The notes under the pieces: generated by a model
What the model was told of the DNA's origin: nothing
Database searches by the model: none
The model's input: the letters and a program-made list of their open reading frames with translations, nothing else
DNA from: Callorhinchus milii
Lineage: Eukaryota
Assembly: GCF_018977255.1 (NCBI RefSeq)
Contig: NW_024704743.1
Location: forward strand, 67,086,001 to 67,150,000
Length of the DNA stretch: 64,000 bases
Reading direction: 5' to 3'
In this document: positions 27,201 through 39,354 of the stretch, piece after piece
How positions within the stretch are numbered: the first letter of the stretch is position 1
Layout: every line of letters starts with the position of its first letter
Position numbers and translations under genes: made by a program

Positions 27201-30200
27201 TAAAATATAATAATAATCCTTGCATTTGATATAGCACCTTATTACGTCTTCCGAGCAAAGCACTTCACAGAATACACTATATAATGAATTGACTGTATAT
27301 TTTGTGGGCAAAATAGAGATCAATACTTGGAAAATAAGGATATTAAAGGATATGAAGAGGTGTTGAAATAAGATTAAAAGATCTTCTTTGATTGCTTATA
27401 AAATAGGCCATTCCTATTCGTATTAGATGCCTAATCAGCAAACATGATTAAACTTTAGATATCCTTGAACTGCATGGCTTATTACCACAAAATAATTGAT
27501 ACCCAATTATAGTCATTGATCAACCAGGGAACAAACTAGCAACTGACCACCTAGGAATCTCTCCCCCCAAATTTTGCTAAAATATGATAACTGTGCTCTG
27601 TATTTTCAACAAATTTGGGCAAATAAATCATATTATGTTAGCTGTAAAGTACACACCAAAATTTTGTTTCCCACTTTCAAAATACTTCAACAAACACAGG
27701 GAAGTGACAGTGAAGAAACCCTTTGCTCATATCTGACAGGGCATTGCTCTCTCTGTGTGACTACAGGATGGAGTTTAGGAAACAAAGAGGCTTGGACCAC
27801 ATGGCTGGCCTAGGTTTGGAGGTGTCTAGAGCAGGGGTGGGGGTGGGGAAACAGACATCTAGGCTGCAAATTCAGTTACCTGCCACCCTCCATGACTGCA
27901 TTTTTGCAAGGAGTGCAGCAAGATGCTGTTGAGCTGTTAAGGTCCCCCCCACTTTCTGTGAGATATTTGCCTGGCTCAGTGGGTGGTGGTGGTGATGGAT
28001 GGGGAGGGAGAGGGGGCAAGAGAAGAGTCCGCTGTTGAAATATTTATTCATATGAGGAAATATTACCAGACAACTATACTTCAAAAATGCTCAAAGCAGC
28101 TGCATGTTCTGTCCTTCCATACCTGAATGCCTTTGAGCATTTAAATAAAACTATGTTCAGTATGTCTTAGAATTATAATTACCACAGGTGGAGGGGAAGA
28201 TGGGAAGATTGGTTGGAACAGGGCAAAGCCCTGGACAGATTTGAGTAAGGCTTAAAAAAAGAGCATTGTCATCACTAAAAATTAAATGAGCATGTTCTTT
28301 CTCCTTCCCTTATTCAAGGTGCTGAGTCTTCCTGACATACAGTTCCAAAGGCAACTCATCCCATACCTCTCCAAATTAAGATACCACCCTCATTCTGCAT
28401 GCCCAAGTCTAGTTAGCAAATACAGTATTGGCATTTATACAGCTATGAGGGGCTTAACAGACAAATATGGTCCTATTGAAAGCCGAACACTTTTCATCAG
28501 CATCCCTCAAAAGGAATCAGGAACCCTACGTAACCAAAGTCAAGAAGTATATTGCCCCCAACTAACATCCAAATCAAGTAACAGTATAGACTTTGGGATG
28601 CAGCCTGGTATCTTACTCATCTGTACGTTTATTTTGCACTGAGCAGTGCTTAAACAATCGTTGGCATCAGGACAGTCAAAGAAGTCCTTGCATTGCTAAA
28701 TCAGTTTAAGACAATCATTTTTTTAAAAAAATACTTTTGAGAGCAATTATCTTAAGCCTGTTCAAATTAGATGCATGCTTAGCATCCCTGCTTTTTTGTG
28801 TGGGTAACATTTTGAGGGAATCATGAATTTTGTGAACAGTTTGCAGTCAACGTTATGCAGCCATTTCCTTCTAGATTTCCATATTGCTTGGAAATTTAAG
28901 GTCTACGTTACCAAATAATTGTTTCGGAACAATCTTCTTAGCAATGATTTAATCATTTATATTAAAAGGCAAACAACTGTTCCAACTCACATAAATTCAC
29001 AACAGTCATTTCTCCTGGACATTTCTGGAAAGAAAAACATCTTAACTGATCAACGTAATTGTCTGAAAACAACCCTGAACTTCAAGCAAAGCCAATACGC
29101 TGCAATCCTGAGTAGTCAGATGCATCAAAATATGAGCACGATCCTTCTAGTGCAATACCGTAAATAGCACCTGAGCCAAGACTGGAAAGGGGTAAAAATA
29201 GCTACCACCTCGAAAGCACTTATGTACAGGCAATAATAAGGTAATCCTTCTGAACTGCCAGTTTTGTTACCCACTCAATTAACAACTGCTCTGCGCAACT
29301 GGCTGCAACCTTTCTCCCGCAAAATACACAGTCACTCCACATCGGAAGGGGATCCCGTGAAGCACTTCGAGATGTCTCAACACTGTGTTAGGGCGCAACA
29401 TGCAAATGCAAGGATTATTATCAACAACACACACACACACACTGTGAAAATAACTAAAAAGCCACGCCGTCCAGCACTGCAGAACCAGGACAAAAACATA
29501 GATTAACCCCCCCACCCCCCCCCCCCCCCCAAAAAAAAAGTTCTGACGCAATTCCCTCTCAGTGAGGCACACCAGCTCACACTAACAATACTTCCACACA
29601 CAACGGGGAGGCGGGGATTAAACGTGCAAGAGAGACGAGAGGGGGTGCGGGGGGAAAAAAAAAAGCATGAGGTGAATAGACCGCATTGTGCGGGTCTTCT
29701 CAAAAGTATTTGCATTACCCACATGAATGAAAAAAAATAACAGCTATGTACCAAATGGCTGCGCGGTCCCCCAGTGTGTGAGACGGAAACTTTGTGAGCG
29801 CAGCCCCGGGGCTGAGAATTACTGAAGCACCGTCTCTCGGTGCAGCACAAAAGCCGAATACCCCCCTCCCCAACCCCCCCCACACACCCCCCCACACCCA
29901 CCCCCCACACACCCCCACAGGGGGTTCATTCAGCTCCTCCACAACAACAAGGCGAAAGGGCAGGAAAATGGGAGAGAAATCGTGACGGGGATTGAAGGCG
30001 AAAATCCTGACCCCGAGACCGTTCATCGCCACCAACTGAACAGACCCTCTCACTCCCACTGAACACACAGCCCCTCTCCCTCTCTGTGTGTGTGTGTGTG
30101 TGCGCGGGGCCGAGGCCCGAGTCAATGGCGCATTTACTCAGCGGTGCCGACATCAGGCGGAGCCCCGGAGCACAGCCGCTCCGAGCGGCACCCAAAGCCC

Positions 30201-30510
30201 CCACAGAGCGGCGGCCTCTCCCCCCACCGCCCGAGCCCGGGCCCGGGCCTCGCTCAGCGCCGACAAACGCCCCGGCAGTAGGGCCTCGGCCTCCTCCGGC
30301 CCGCGGGACGCCCGGGCCTCACGCACTCGGCCTCCCTCCGGCCCCCGGGGCCTCGCTGATCCGCGGGGGATCCCCGGCCCCGGGAGCAGCGGAGCCCCCA
30401 GTCAGGCCCGACCTCCAGCCCCCGCGAGCCCCGGCCTCCCGCCGTCCCCTCCCCGGCAGCAACATGGCGGCTCTGGGCCTCCCCACCGTGAGTCAGGAGG
30501 AACAGGCGCC

Positions 30511-30862
30511 ATCCCCGGCCTCTCCTGTCTCCCTCCCACTCCCTCCCCGGCCTCCCCCCTCCCTCCCCGCCTCCCTCCCACTCCCTCCCCCCCCTCTCTC
30601 CCACTCCCTCCACGGCCTCCCTCCCCGGCCTCCCCCCCTCCCTCCCCGGCCTGCCCGGCCTCCCCTGGCCCGGCCTCCCCCCCTCCCCGGCCTCTCTCCC
30701 CCCCTCCCTCCCCGGCCTCCCCTGGCTCTCCCCCCCCGGCCTCCCTCCCCGGCCTCCCCTGGCTCTCCCCCCCGGCCTCTCTCCCCCCCCCCCTCTCCCC
30801 GGCCTCCCCTGGCTCTCCCCCCCGGCCTCCCTCCCCCCCTCCCCGGCCTCCCCTGGCTCTCC
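30511..30862. repeat. C-rich minisatellite (CCCCGGCCTC / CCCTGGCTCTC units), G-rich on CUL1 sense strand
   Basis: Repeated ccccggcctccc units with almost no A. Confidence 0.9.
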
Positions 30863-30866
30863 TCAC

Positions 30867-31040
30867 CATGTCTCTCGGCCAGTCTCCGCCGCAGACACTG
30901 CGGGTCCCCGCTCGCTGCCGCCCGTCTCCAACACACGGCTCACACAACAGTTCCGCTGCTCTGTGTGTGTGTGTGTGCGGTGCGGTGTTGGCCACACGCC
31001 GCCGCCGCCGCTCTGTGTGTGTGTGTGCGCGCGCGCGCTC
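30867..31040 (-). other. CUL1: Putative non-coding exon 1 of CUL1 (5' boundary uncertain)
   Basis: Donor CATG|GTGAGG at 30867/30866 inside the CpG island, followed by G-rich intron sequence. TSS not determinable from sequence. Confidence 0.6.
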
Positions 31041-31124
31041 TGTGCTGCTCTGTTGCTGTGGCCTGAGCTGTGGCTCAGTGCGACCTGAGCTTCACAGTCA
31101 CCTCTGTCAGTCGGTCATCTGTCA

Positions 31125-32108
31125 GACTGTCTGTCTGTCTGTGTGTGTGTCTGTGTGTGTGTCTGTCTGTCTGTGTGTGTGTGTGTCTGTCTGTCTGTAT
31201 GTGTGTCTGTCTGTGTGTGTGTGTGTCTGTGTGTGTGTGTGTCTGTGTGTGTCTGTCTGTGTCTGTCTGTGTGTGTGTCTGTCTGTGTCTGTCTGTGTGT
31301 GTGTCTGTCTGTGTGTGTGTGTGTGTGTGTGTCTGTCTGTGTGTGTGTGTGTGTCTGTGTGTGTCTGCCTGTGTGTGTCTGTCTGTCTATGTGTGTGTGT
31401 GTCTGTCTGTGTGTGTGTGTGTGTCTGTCTGTCTGTGTGTGTGTGTGTCTGTCTGTGTGTGTGTGTGTTGTGTGTCTGTCTGTGTGTGTGTGTGTGTGTG
31501 TGTCTGTCTGTGTGTGTCTGTGTGTGTCTGTCTGTGTGTGTGTGTGTCTGTCTGTCTGTATGTGTGTCTGTCTGTGTGTGTGTGTGTCTGTGTGTGTGTG
31601 TGTCTGTCTGTGTCTGTCTGTGTGTGTGTCTGTCTGTGTGTGTGTGTGTGTCTGTGTGTGTGTCTGTCTGTGTGTGTGTGTGTCTGTGTGTGTCTGCCTG
31701 TGTGTGTCTGTCTGTCTATGTGTGTGTGTGTCTGTCTGTGTGTGTGTCTGACTGTGTGTGTGTGTGTGTCTGTGTGTGTCTGCCTGTGTGTGTCTGTCTG
31801 TCTATGTGTGTGTGTGTCTGTCTGTGTGTGTGTGTGTGTCTGTCTGTGTGTGTGTGTCTGTCTGTGTGTGTGTGTGTGTGTGTGTCTGTCTGTGTGTGTC
31901 TGACTGTGTGTGTCTGTCTGTCTGTGTGTGTCTGTGTGTGTGTCTGTCTGTGTGTGTCTGTGTGTCTGACTGTGTGTCTGTGTGTGTGTGTGTCTGTGTG
32001 TGTGTCTGTCTGTGTGTGTCGGTCTGTCTGTGTGTGTCGGTCTGTCTGTGTGTGTGTCTGTCTGTCGTGTGTGTGTGTGTCTGTCGTGTGTGTATGTGTC
32101 TGTATGTG
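31125..32108. repeat. ~1 kb compound (TG)n/(TCTG)n microsatellite
   Basis: Directly visible; the source of the spurious Cys/Val and Thr/His ORFs. Confidence 0.98.
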
Positions 32109-34518
32109 GCACAGTGACAGCTGATAAAATTCAATGGGAACAGTCTTGTGCAGTGTCCACTCACATGTATATTATGCACACTCAGTCCACTCCACCCATT
32201 CCCTTAAATGTTGTTGTTGTTGCTGCTGCTTTATTTTTTGGGGGCGGGTGGCGGGGGGAGGGGGGGGTGAAGGGAAATGTTTGTGGGGAATTCCACTGAG
32301 AAAGAATAAAAATTCGAAAAGAGAAAGGGAGTTTCTCCCAGTGTCCCGGCTGACGATCCACCGGATAAAAATCGGTCATTCAATTTTTACTCACTCACTT
32401 TCTGCCTGTTTGTGGGACATTACTGGGTGCAAATTGGTTGGTGCACGTGTTTGCCTACAAAACGCACACAGTTTTTAAGAAATCCTACGAAGCTCTTAGA
32501 GACGTCCTCCCGTTCTGAAAGATGCCAATCGTTCTTTTCCAACTATCATCCTATTGAAATCACCGAATTGATCACAGACCAGGAATCAAACCGGAATTAT
32601 GCTGGGTTTGTATGGCTCAGTTCTACACTGGCAGTGCATTTTCCACTGTTATTCATACTATACTGTGTAATATTACATTCCTGTATCAAATATGAAGATC
32701 ATTTAAATGGCTGGTACCAGAGAGGAAGAACCGAGCTGTCAATCTGGCCCAGTCTCTTGAGTTATACGTTTAACTGTATGTCATTTAATGTCCCCAATGC
32801 TTAATTGTTTTATGTAGGAAAAGAATTAAAGGTTTGTAGGAAAGTATTGTAACTTTTCTACTCCTGACCAAAATGTAAATAACATTAGGTGATTTTCTAT
32901 TTTATTTTTTACAACCTTTTAGAATTCAAGACTGATATTATTAATAATAATTGCTTAATACTACTAATAATAACCCTTGCATTTGATATAGCACCTTATC
33001 ATGTCTTCAAGACATCTCAAAGCGCTTCACAGAACTTTTCCAAGAGCTGGCACAGGCACAATGGGCCGAATGGCCTCCGTCTATGGTGTAGTATTCTATG
33101 ATTCTGTATAATGTAAAGTAAATTAACTATATTTTGTGGGAGAAACACGGCAGCCAATTGCACACAGCAGTGTCCAAACAATCATGGATTGAGTGACCAA
33201 TTTATTATATCTCTTTGAAGGTGTTATTCATTTGTTTTAGTGCCTTTCACATTTGGAATATCCTAAAGCACTTCGCATTATATACTTTGTGTGTTTTGTG
33301 GGCGAACATGGCAGTCAATTTGCACATGGCAATGTCTCACAAACAGTCATGGAGTGAATGACAACAACAACTTACATTTTTTGTGACCAATTTTATTGGG
33401 GGCTTGTTGGGCAGGATACTGGGAGAAACTCAGATTGACACGAGTCAGTATTGGAAGGATGCTGCATCGGCAGAGGTGACATGAGACGTTGCACTGAGAT
33501 TCTGTATGTCCCCTTTCATGACACCATTGAAAAGAGTTTATTTTCTCCTGTTCTGGCCAACAATACACCAGATATTCATATCATCACTGTTTGTGGTATT
33601 CCATTCTGCAAACATTGGATGCCATTTTTACCATGGTCGCAACACTTGATAACAATTACCCGTGAGCATGTTGAGACACTTCATTGATAAAGATGCTGTA
33701 TCAAATATAAACATTATTATCTACCTGAACTGGAACACAGTTTGATATTTCATCTCAATCACCGTCAACTATATAACACTCATCCCCAGTGTATCAACCT
33801 AAATTATGAACTCAACCCTTGGATATCAAATCCATACCTAAATGACCCAGAGTCTATTAGCAACTGAACCAAAAGAATACAAATCTGTATTAAAACGCTC
33901 AAAATTGTTAACTTGGCTATAATGTTAATCCTTAGCAGAGGGCTCTTTAGACTACATAGGGTAGTTTTGTATGTCTGATATTTTGTCCTCAAAATGTGAA
34001 CGTATGCTCAGAGCTCTCTGTTCACTGATTTCTCACCGACAGCAAAGTTTCTTTGTCTTGTGAATTCTTGTATTTAGGATGAGAAATGTTATCCCTTCTG
34101 AACTGATCATGCATTCACAGGTCAGGTACAATATGGTTAAGGTCTGATTGAAGCCTCCTACTTTGTTCTAATGTTATGCTTCAGATAACAACCTTAGAAG
34201 AGCAGCCCCTGTGTACCAATCTGACACTTGCCATCTTTAACCCAGCTATCATGTAGTTTCTTTGAACAAGATTATCAATTTAGTGCCAAATTAAATGGTT
34301 CTGTTCTGTAAATACATGCTCATTTGGAGCTAGGTTGAGACTATCCAAGACTATTTTGATGCAGAACACTTATAGCCTTTTGTAATATAAAATGTAAACT
34401 TCAATGTTAAATATGGTTCAGTGGGCTGCTTGAAAAGTCTCAAAATTCATTTTAGACAATAAGAAAGGATTATCATGTTAATGGATAAAATCTTTATTTT
34501 TTCCTGATTTTCTCTGTA

Positions 34519-34872
34519 TAATAATTGTTGCATTTGATATAGTGCCTGATCACGTATTCACTGAACATATTCAAGACTGAGGTTGATAGATTTCTAAAGG
34601 ATAGAGGGATTAAGGGATAATGGGGATAGGTCGGGTAAATGCAATTAGGTCAGAATATCGGCCACGATCTTATTAAATGGTGGGGCAGGCTCGAGGGGCC
34701 GAATGGCCTGCTCCTGCGTCTCATGGTTTTATCATGTATTCGAGACGTCTCAAAGCACTTCACAGAGTAGCGTAAAGTGAATTGGCTGTATATTGTGTGG
34801 GTGAAATGAGGCAGCCAATTGCCCAGTGTCCCATAAACAGTCCTGGATTAAGTGACCAAATTATTATTATTT
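34519..34872 (-). mobile_element. SINE 3' part with nested CR1 tail (34560-34730, + strand)
   Basis: 11-bp TSD atcacgtattc (34549-34559) / atcatgtattc (34731-34741). Confidence 0.85.
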
Positions 34873-35197
34873 TTTAGTTATTTATTTCTGAAAGTATATT
34901 CAGGAATGCTGAAGTAGGATTCAACTGGTACTGGCATTTCTTTGTTACCTCTTCAAAGTTTTAAATGTTTATACTTCACATATGGACTAGACAGCGAGTA
35001 TTAGAAAGGTATTCCACTGATCACAGGGAGGGGGGAATCACATTCAATCGCAATCATGCCCTCATTAGATATCTTTACATGTACATTTTCAAGTTTGGAT
35101 AGCTGTGCTGGGATAAGAATTCCAGCTGATGTTTTCCTTCCTCTACAGCCCAGGAATTGACACAATTGTTCTTTTCCATCTGCTGTCCTATTGAAAT

Positions 35198-35560
35198 GGA
35201 GTCCTGCAGGGTATTGGCTGGAGCTCTCGCCTCACAAACAAGAGGACCTGGGCTCGATTCCCGGGCAGGGCAAAACTTTAGTCAAGTTTCCTTATTACGC
35301 ACACCTCTGTTTACCTAGCAGTAAGTAGGAACCCGATTGTTAGTTGATTGATGGATCACTTTTCCAGGGATAATAATCCCTTAAAAAAATAATAATTCGG
35401 TCACTCAATCAAGTTTGAGGGATATTGCTGTGTGCAATTGGGCTCTGCATTTCACCGAAAAAATACAGTCAATTCACTGTACAATATATTTTTTAAAGCG
35501 CTTTGAGACGTCTCAAAGATGTGATAAGGTGCTATATTAAATGCATGGATTATTATTATA
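35198..35560 (+). mobile_element. tRNA-derived SINE, long form, inserted in an older repeat
   Basis: GGAGTCCTG head through (TTA)n tail. Confidence 0.88.
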
Positions 35561-36939
35561 ATCAACTATCTGATCACAGACCAGGAATTAAACCTGGATT
35601 CTTGTGGATTTGTATAGCTCAGTACTACATTGGCAGTGATTTCCCACAGTTATTCATACTATACTAATCTTGTTAATATAACATTCCTCCTCCAGGATTA
35701 GTCTACCACATTGCTTGCCTATCTGAAGCAATTTTTTGTAGAGATGCGCAACACTCTTCAGGACAAGATATTTGGCTTTCAGGACTGTGAGACATCATGC
35801 CTGCCAAAGCACATGTACTAATATTTTGCACCAATTACCAATTCTAGAAGCTTTCACAATTAAACCAAAATGTTTGGTGGATCATTGGTTGGAAGGTGAT
35901 ATTTGGCCATCTCCTGCTAATATTTAGAGAATTGGTGACCATGTAAAGTTCTGGTTTCAAATAGCATTGAATGGTGTCGGTGTCAATATTCTCTACAAAA
36001 GGGATAGGAAGGCACCAAAGCAGGATCTGCAAAATGTTGCTAAGCAACTCAATGGCCCATGATAAGTGGCAAGAAAATTTAGTTAGTTTTTCGAACTGCA
36101 CTATGTTAAAAAGTTCCAATAAAATTATACAGTATTATGAGTAAAATTATGGCATAGATAAATGTGGTTATTAATATCTGTTTTGCTGCACAGTTATTTT
36201 TTAGTTTTTAAAATACTTGTAATAAAAAACAGTATTGATAGAAATTAAAGGTGTTAAAGAAATTTCTATGCTTAAGTATATTCTATCCCATTATAGACAA
36301 TTTTTTTTAATAGGTGTATTACATTTTTATACAAATTACTCAGTAATATAGTGTATAAAAATTCCACCTAGTATAGGTTTACTGTTAAAATAGCATTTCA
36401 GGGTATGCAGAAGTTATCAAATTTACTTCTAAAATTCAAGCTCATTTCTTTAGTCCTTAAAAGAACTTGCAGAAAACTGGCCTCAAAATAGAACAGGTTG
36501 CCAGAAAGAGTGGTTAAGACAGGACTCACTTAAAAAAGTTTGATGGTGTGATGGGTGGGTATTCTAGAAGGAAGAGATCAGATGGGCCAAAGGGATTTCA
36601 TCAGATACAAGAATGCTCTGAAATACTATGGTAACAGAGTAAATCTAGACCTAGGTGAAATTTCTACCCGATACATGACTACACAATGAGGAACTCCTAT
36701 CCTACCTTATAATAATCCAATTTTCTAGTCTAAGATTATTTACTCTGGCAAACTAACAGTAATTATTTCTGAACTGAATGGCGAGGTAGTGATTTTCTTG
36801 AAAGTACGTAAATAGTTACCTTTAGCTTTGTGTCTAATTACAATTGGTGTGTGATCAGTTCACCTGGTTCTGGGATCTGTAAACTGGGGTAAAATGGCCT
36901 CTTACTGTGTTGTACATTTCTATGAAGTCCTTTCTCATT

Positions 36940-37510
36940 TTCATTAAGTTGTCAAAAGAAAAAACATGAATGCCACCATATATCTCTGTGAAACATAGAA
37001 ATTTTCAGCAATTCATTTCTCGTGGAGTCCTGTGGCTCAGTGGTTAGAGCACTCTCTTTGCAAGCGAGAGACCGGAGTTCAATTCCAGGCAGAGGGCGAA
37101 ACCTTGGGCAAGTTTCCTTACTCCACACAGAGCCTAATAATAATCCCTCCAAAATAAAAACAATAATAAATTGGTCATTTTCAATCTACGACTGTTTGTG
37201 GGACATTGCTGTGCGCAATTGGCTGCCGCGTTCGCCCACAAATATACAGTCAATTCACTTTCCAGTGTGTTCTGTGAAGCGCTTTGGGACATCCTCCTGA
37301 CGTGAAAAGCGCTATATCAAATGCAAGGATTATTATGGTTGTAAGAGTTGGAAAATTGATTACTAATAAAGGGGATAATACAGGTAACAATAGTACAGAT
37401 AGGATAGCCCAACTGGCATCCTTCTGTAAATTTCTGAATTGCTGAAAATTTCTATGTTTCACAGAGATATATGGTGGCATTCATGTTTTTTCTTTTGACA
37501 ACCTAATGAA
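36940..37510. repeat. 76-bp inverted repeat (36940-37015 and 37435-37510), 1 mismatch
   Basis: Arms compared base by base; the spacer contains a young SINE. Confidence 0.95.
37022..37336 (+). mobile_element. Young tRNA-Ala-derived SINE, short form
   Basis: A box TGGCTCAGTGG, B box GAGTTCAATTCC, TGC anticodon-like loop, L2-like tail. Confidence 0.95.
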
Positions 37511-38368
37511 TCAAACTGGCAATAGTAAACTAAATTCTTAATTCTGGAGGAGCAGCAAGATATATTTACATTTGCTGTAGTTGGCGGACTGACAGTTAGT
37601 AGAAGCAGAAACTGAAGTGCGTAAATAAGCTCCCTAAATGGCTCATCGAGTTTATTCATTGAATAGCTGAGCCACAGGGACAAGGGAGATGCCAGGTCCA
37701 ATAAATAATGTGTGTTGTCTTGAAATGAAATGTAATGGGTAGAATATTGCAACACACTATTCTGGAAACAGCATGCCACAAAATGATAGCATACAGAAAT
37801 TGTATACACAATGTGTAATGGTATAATTATGGGCCATCCTTTCTCCATTACTCAAGTCCATTTGCACCTCTTCGCACAGAACCTATCCAACCACCACAAC
37901 CAATATTTTGTTTGAAAACATTATGTTTATTTGAATTTTGAAACTTGTTCATTTTATTTGAGTTTGGATTGTATGTACGAGATACCATTCAGATTTTGTT
38001 CCAAGTGAATGATTCAGTGAGATTGCAGTCCTGAAAATACCTGGTCAGTTTATGTTCATTGGAGACAATACTTAGTTCATACACATGCAGGTCTTAACTC
38101 AGTTTCAATATTTTAAAGTTATATTCTTACAAGTGCACTGTACAAATTCAAGTTGTTGTTCTGCAATAGCTAGAGTCATCAGTGCAGTCAGGACATTGCA
38201 TACCATTACTTGGCTCTGATGATGTTTCACAAACATAATTATGTTCCATGAAACATTTGTTTATTCCAGCCTGAATCTATCCTTATTTTGTTCAATACCA
38301 TTTCCAAGCTAAAAAATGTTTATTAAGAAAAAAAATTGACTCACATTGAACTGCCTTTCTGGGTGTAG

Positions 38369-38520
38369 AACAGGGAGCAAACAGGATGATAGGAGGTCGG
38401 AGAGGTGGGGGGGGGGAGCAAGACCATGGAGGGCTTTGAGGGCGAGGACCAGGATCTTGAACTATATCCTCTGTGTGATGGGAAGCCAGTGGAGTTTGTC
38501 AAGGATGGGGGGTGATGGAG
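38369..38520 (-). mobile_element. Tailless L2 internal fragment between 25-bp direct repeats
   Basis: KLHWLPITQRI; repeats at 38344-38368 and 38540-38564. Confidence 0.85.
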
Positions 38521-38729
38521 TGTGTTGCAATATTCTGCCCATTGAGCTGCCTTTCTGGGTGTAGTATTTGATGGAACAGTTCCACTTGTAAACTAAGCAT
38601 GCTGGTGTGTTGGGAGCAGGGAATTGTCTGCAACTTTTTGTTTGAACTTTCTTCCTTGAGTAGGAGAGTTTGAAAGGTGTACATGTGTTTGTGAAATTCC
38701 ACCTCAATGATATCCTTCTGTAACTTAAT

Positions 38730-38912
38730 TATAATAATCCTTGCATTTGATATAGCGCTTTTTCACATCTTCTCGATGTCTCAAAGTGCATCATAGAATA
38801 TGCTATAAAGTAAATTGACCGTATATTTGTGGGCGAAATGCGACAGCCAATTGCGCACAGCAGTGTCCCACAAACAGTCGTGGATTGAAAATGACCAATT
38901 TTTTTTTGGAGG
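38730..38912 (-). mobile_element. SINE 3' half
   Basis: Matches body and tail of full copies. Confidence 0.85.
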
Positions 38913-39354
38913 AATTCTTAGAGTAGTAGTGACAATTAAAGTGATAAATACAGTCTGCCTCAACCATGGAAAGGAAAGCATTGAACCAAATTATGCCAAT
39001 TTACACCTCCAATAAATCTTTTCTATTCTGCCAGCAAGATCTTCTTTTCCACCCAAAAAGGCCTTTAATAATAAATTTAAAATTATAACAAAATAAACAG
39101 ATCTGACGGCTAAAACGGAAGCTCTCATAATATCAACACAAGGCCAATCTGTGACAACCCAATATTATGAAAATAAGATCTTAGACAAAAATTGATCCTA
39201 GAATGCAAAATATGTCAAGCACCAGAAACAGTGGACATTTATTGTCATTGTGTCCTGCCCTAACACAATCGGAATATCTGATAACATAACATAATAATAT
39301 AGCTAAATGTATTCAATCGACAATTTGTAAGCACTTTGTATACAACATTACATT

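Larger units (their letters stand above)
29600..31090. promoter_or_regulatory. CpG island / CUL1 promoter region
   Basis: GC- and CpG-rich block in an otherwise CpG-depleted window. YY1-type motif CAACATGGCGGC at 30460-30471, GCGC run at 31027-31038, TGAGTCA at 30489-30495. Confidence 0.88.

Noticed and set aside
30086..32299. Long ORFs of 200-678 aa (Pro-rich, Cys/Val-rich, Thr/His-rich)
   Set aside because: Products of the CpG island, C-rich minisatellite and TG microsatellite, which lack stop codons by composition.
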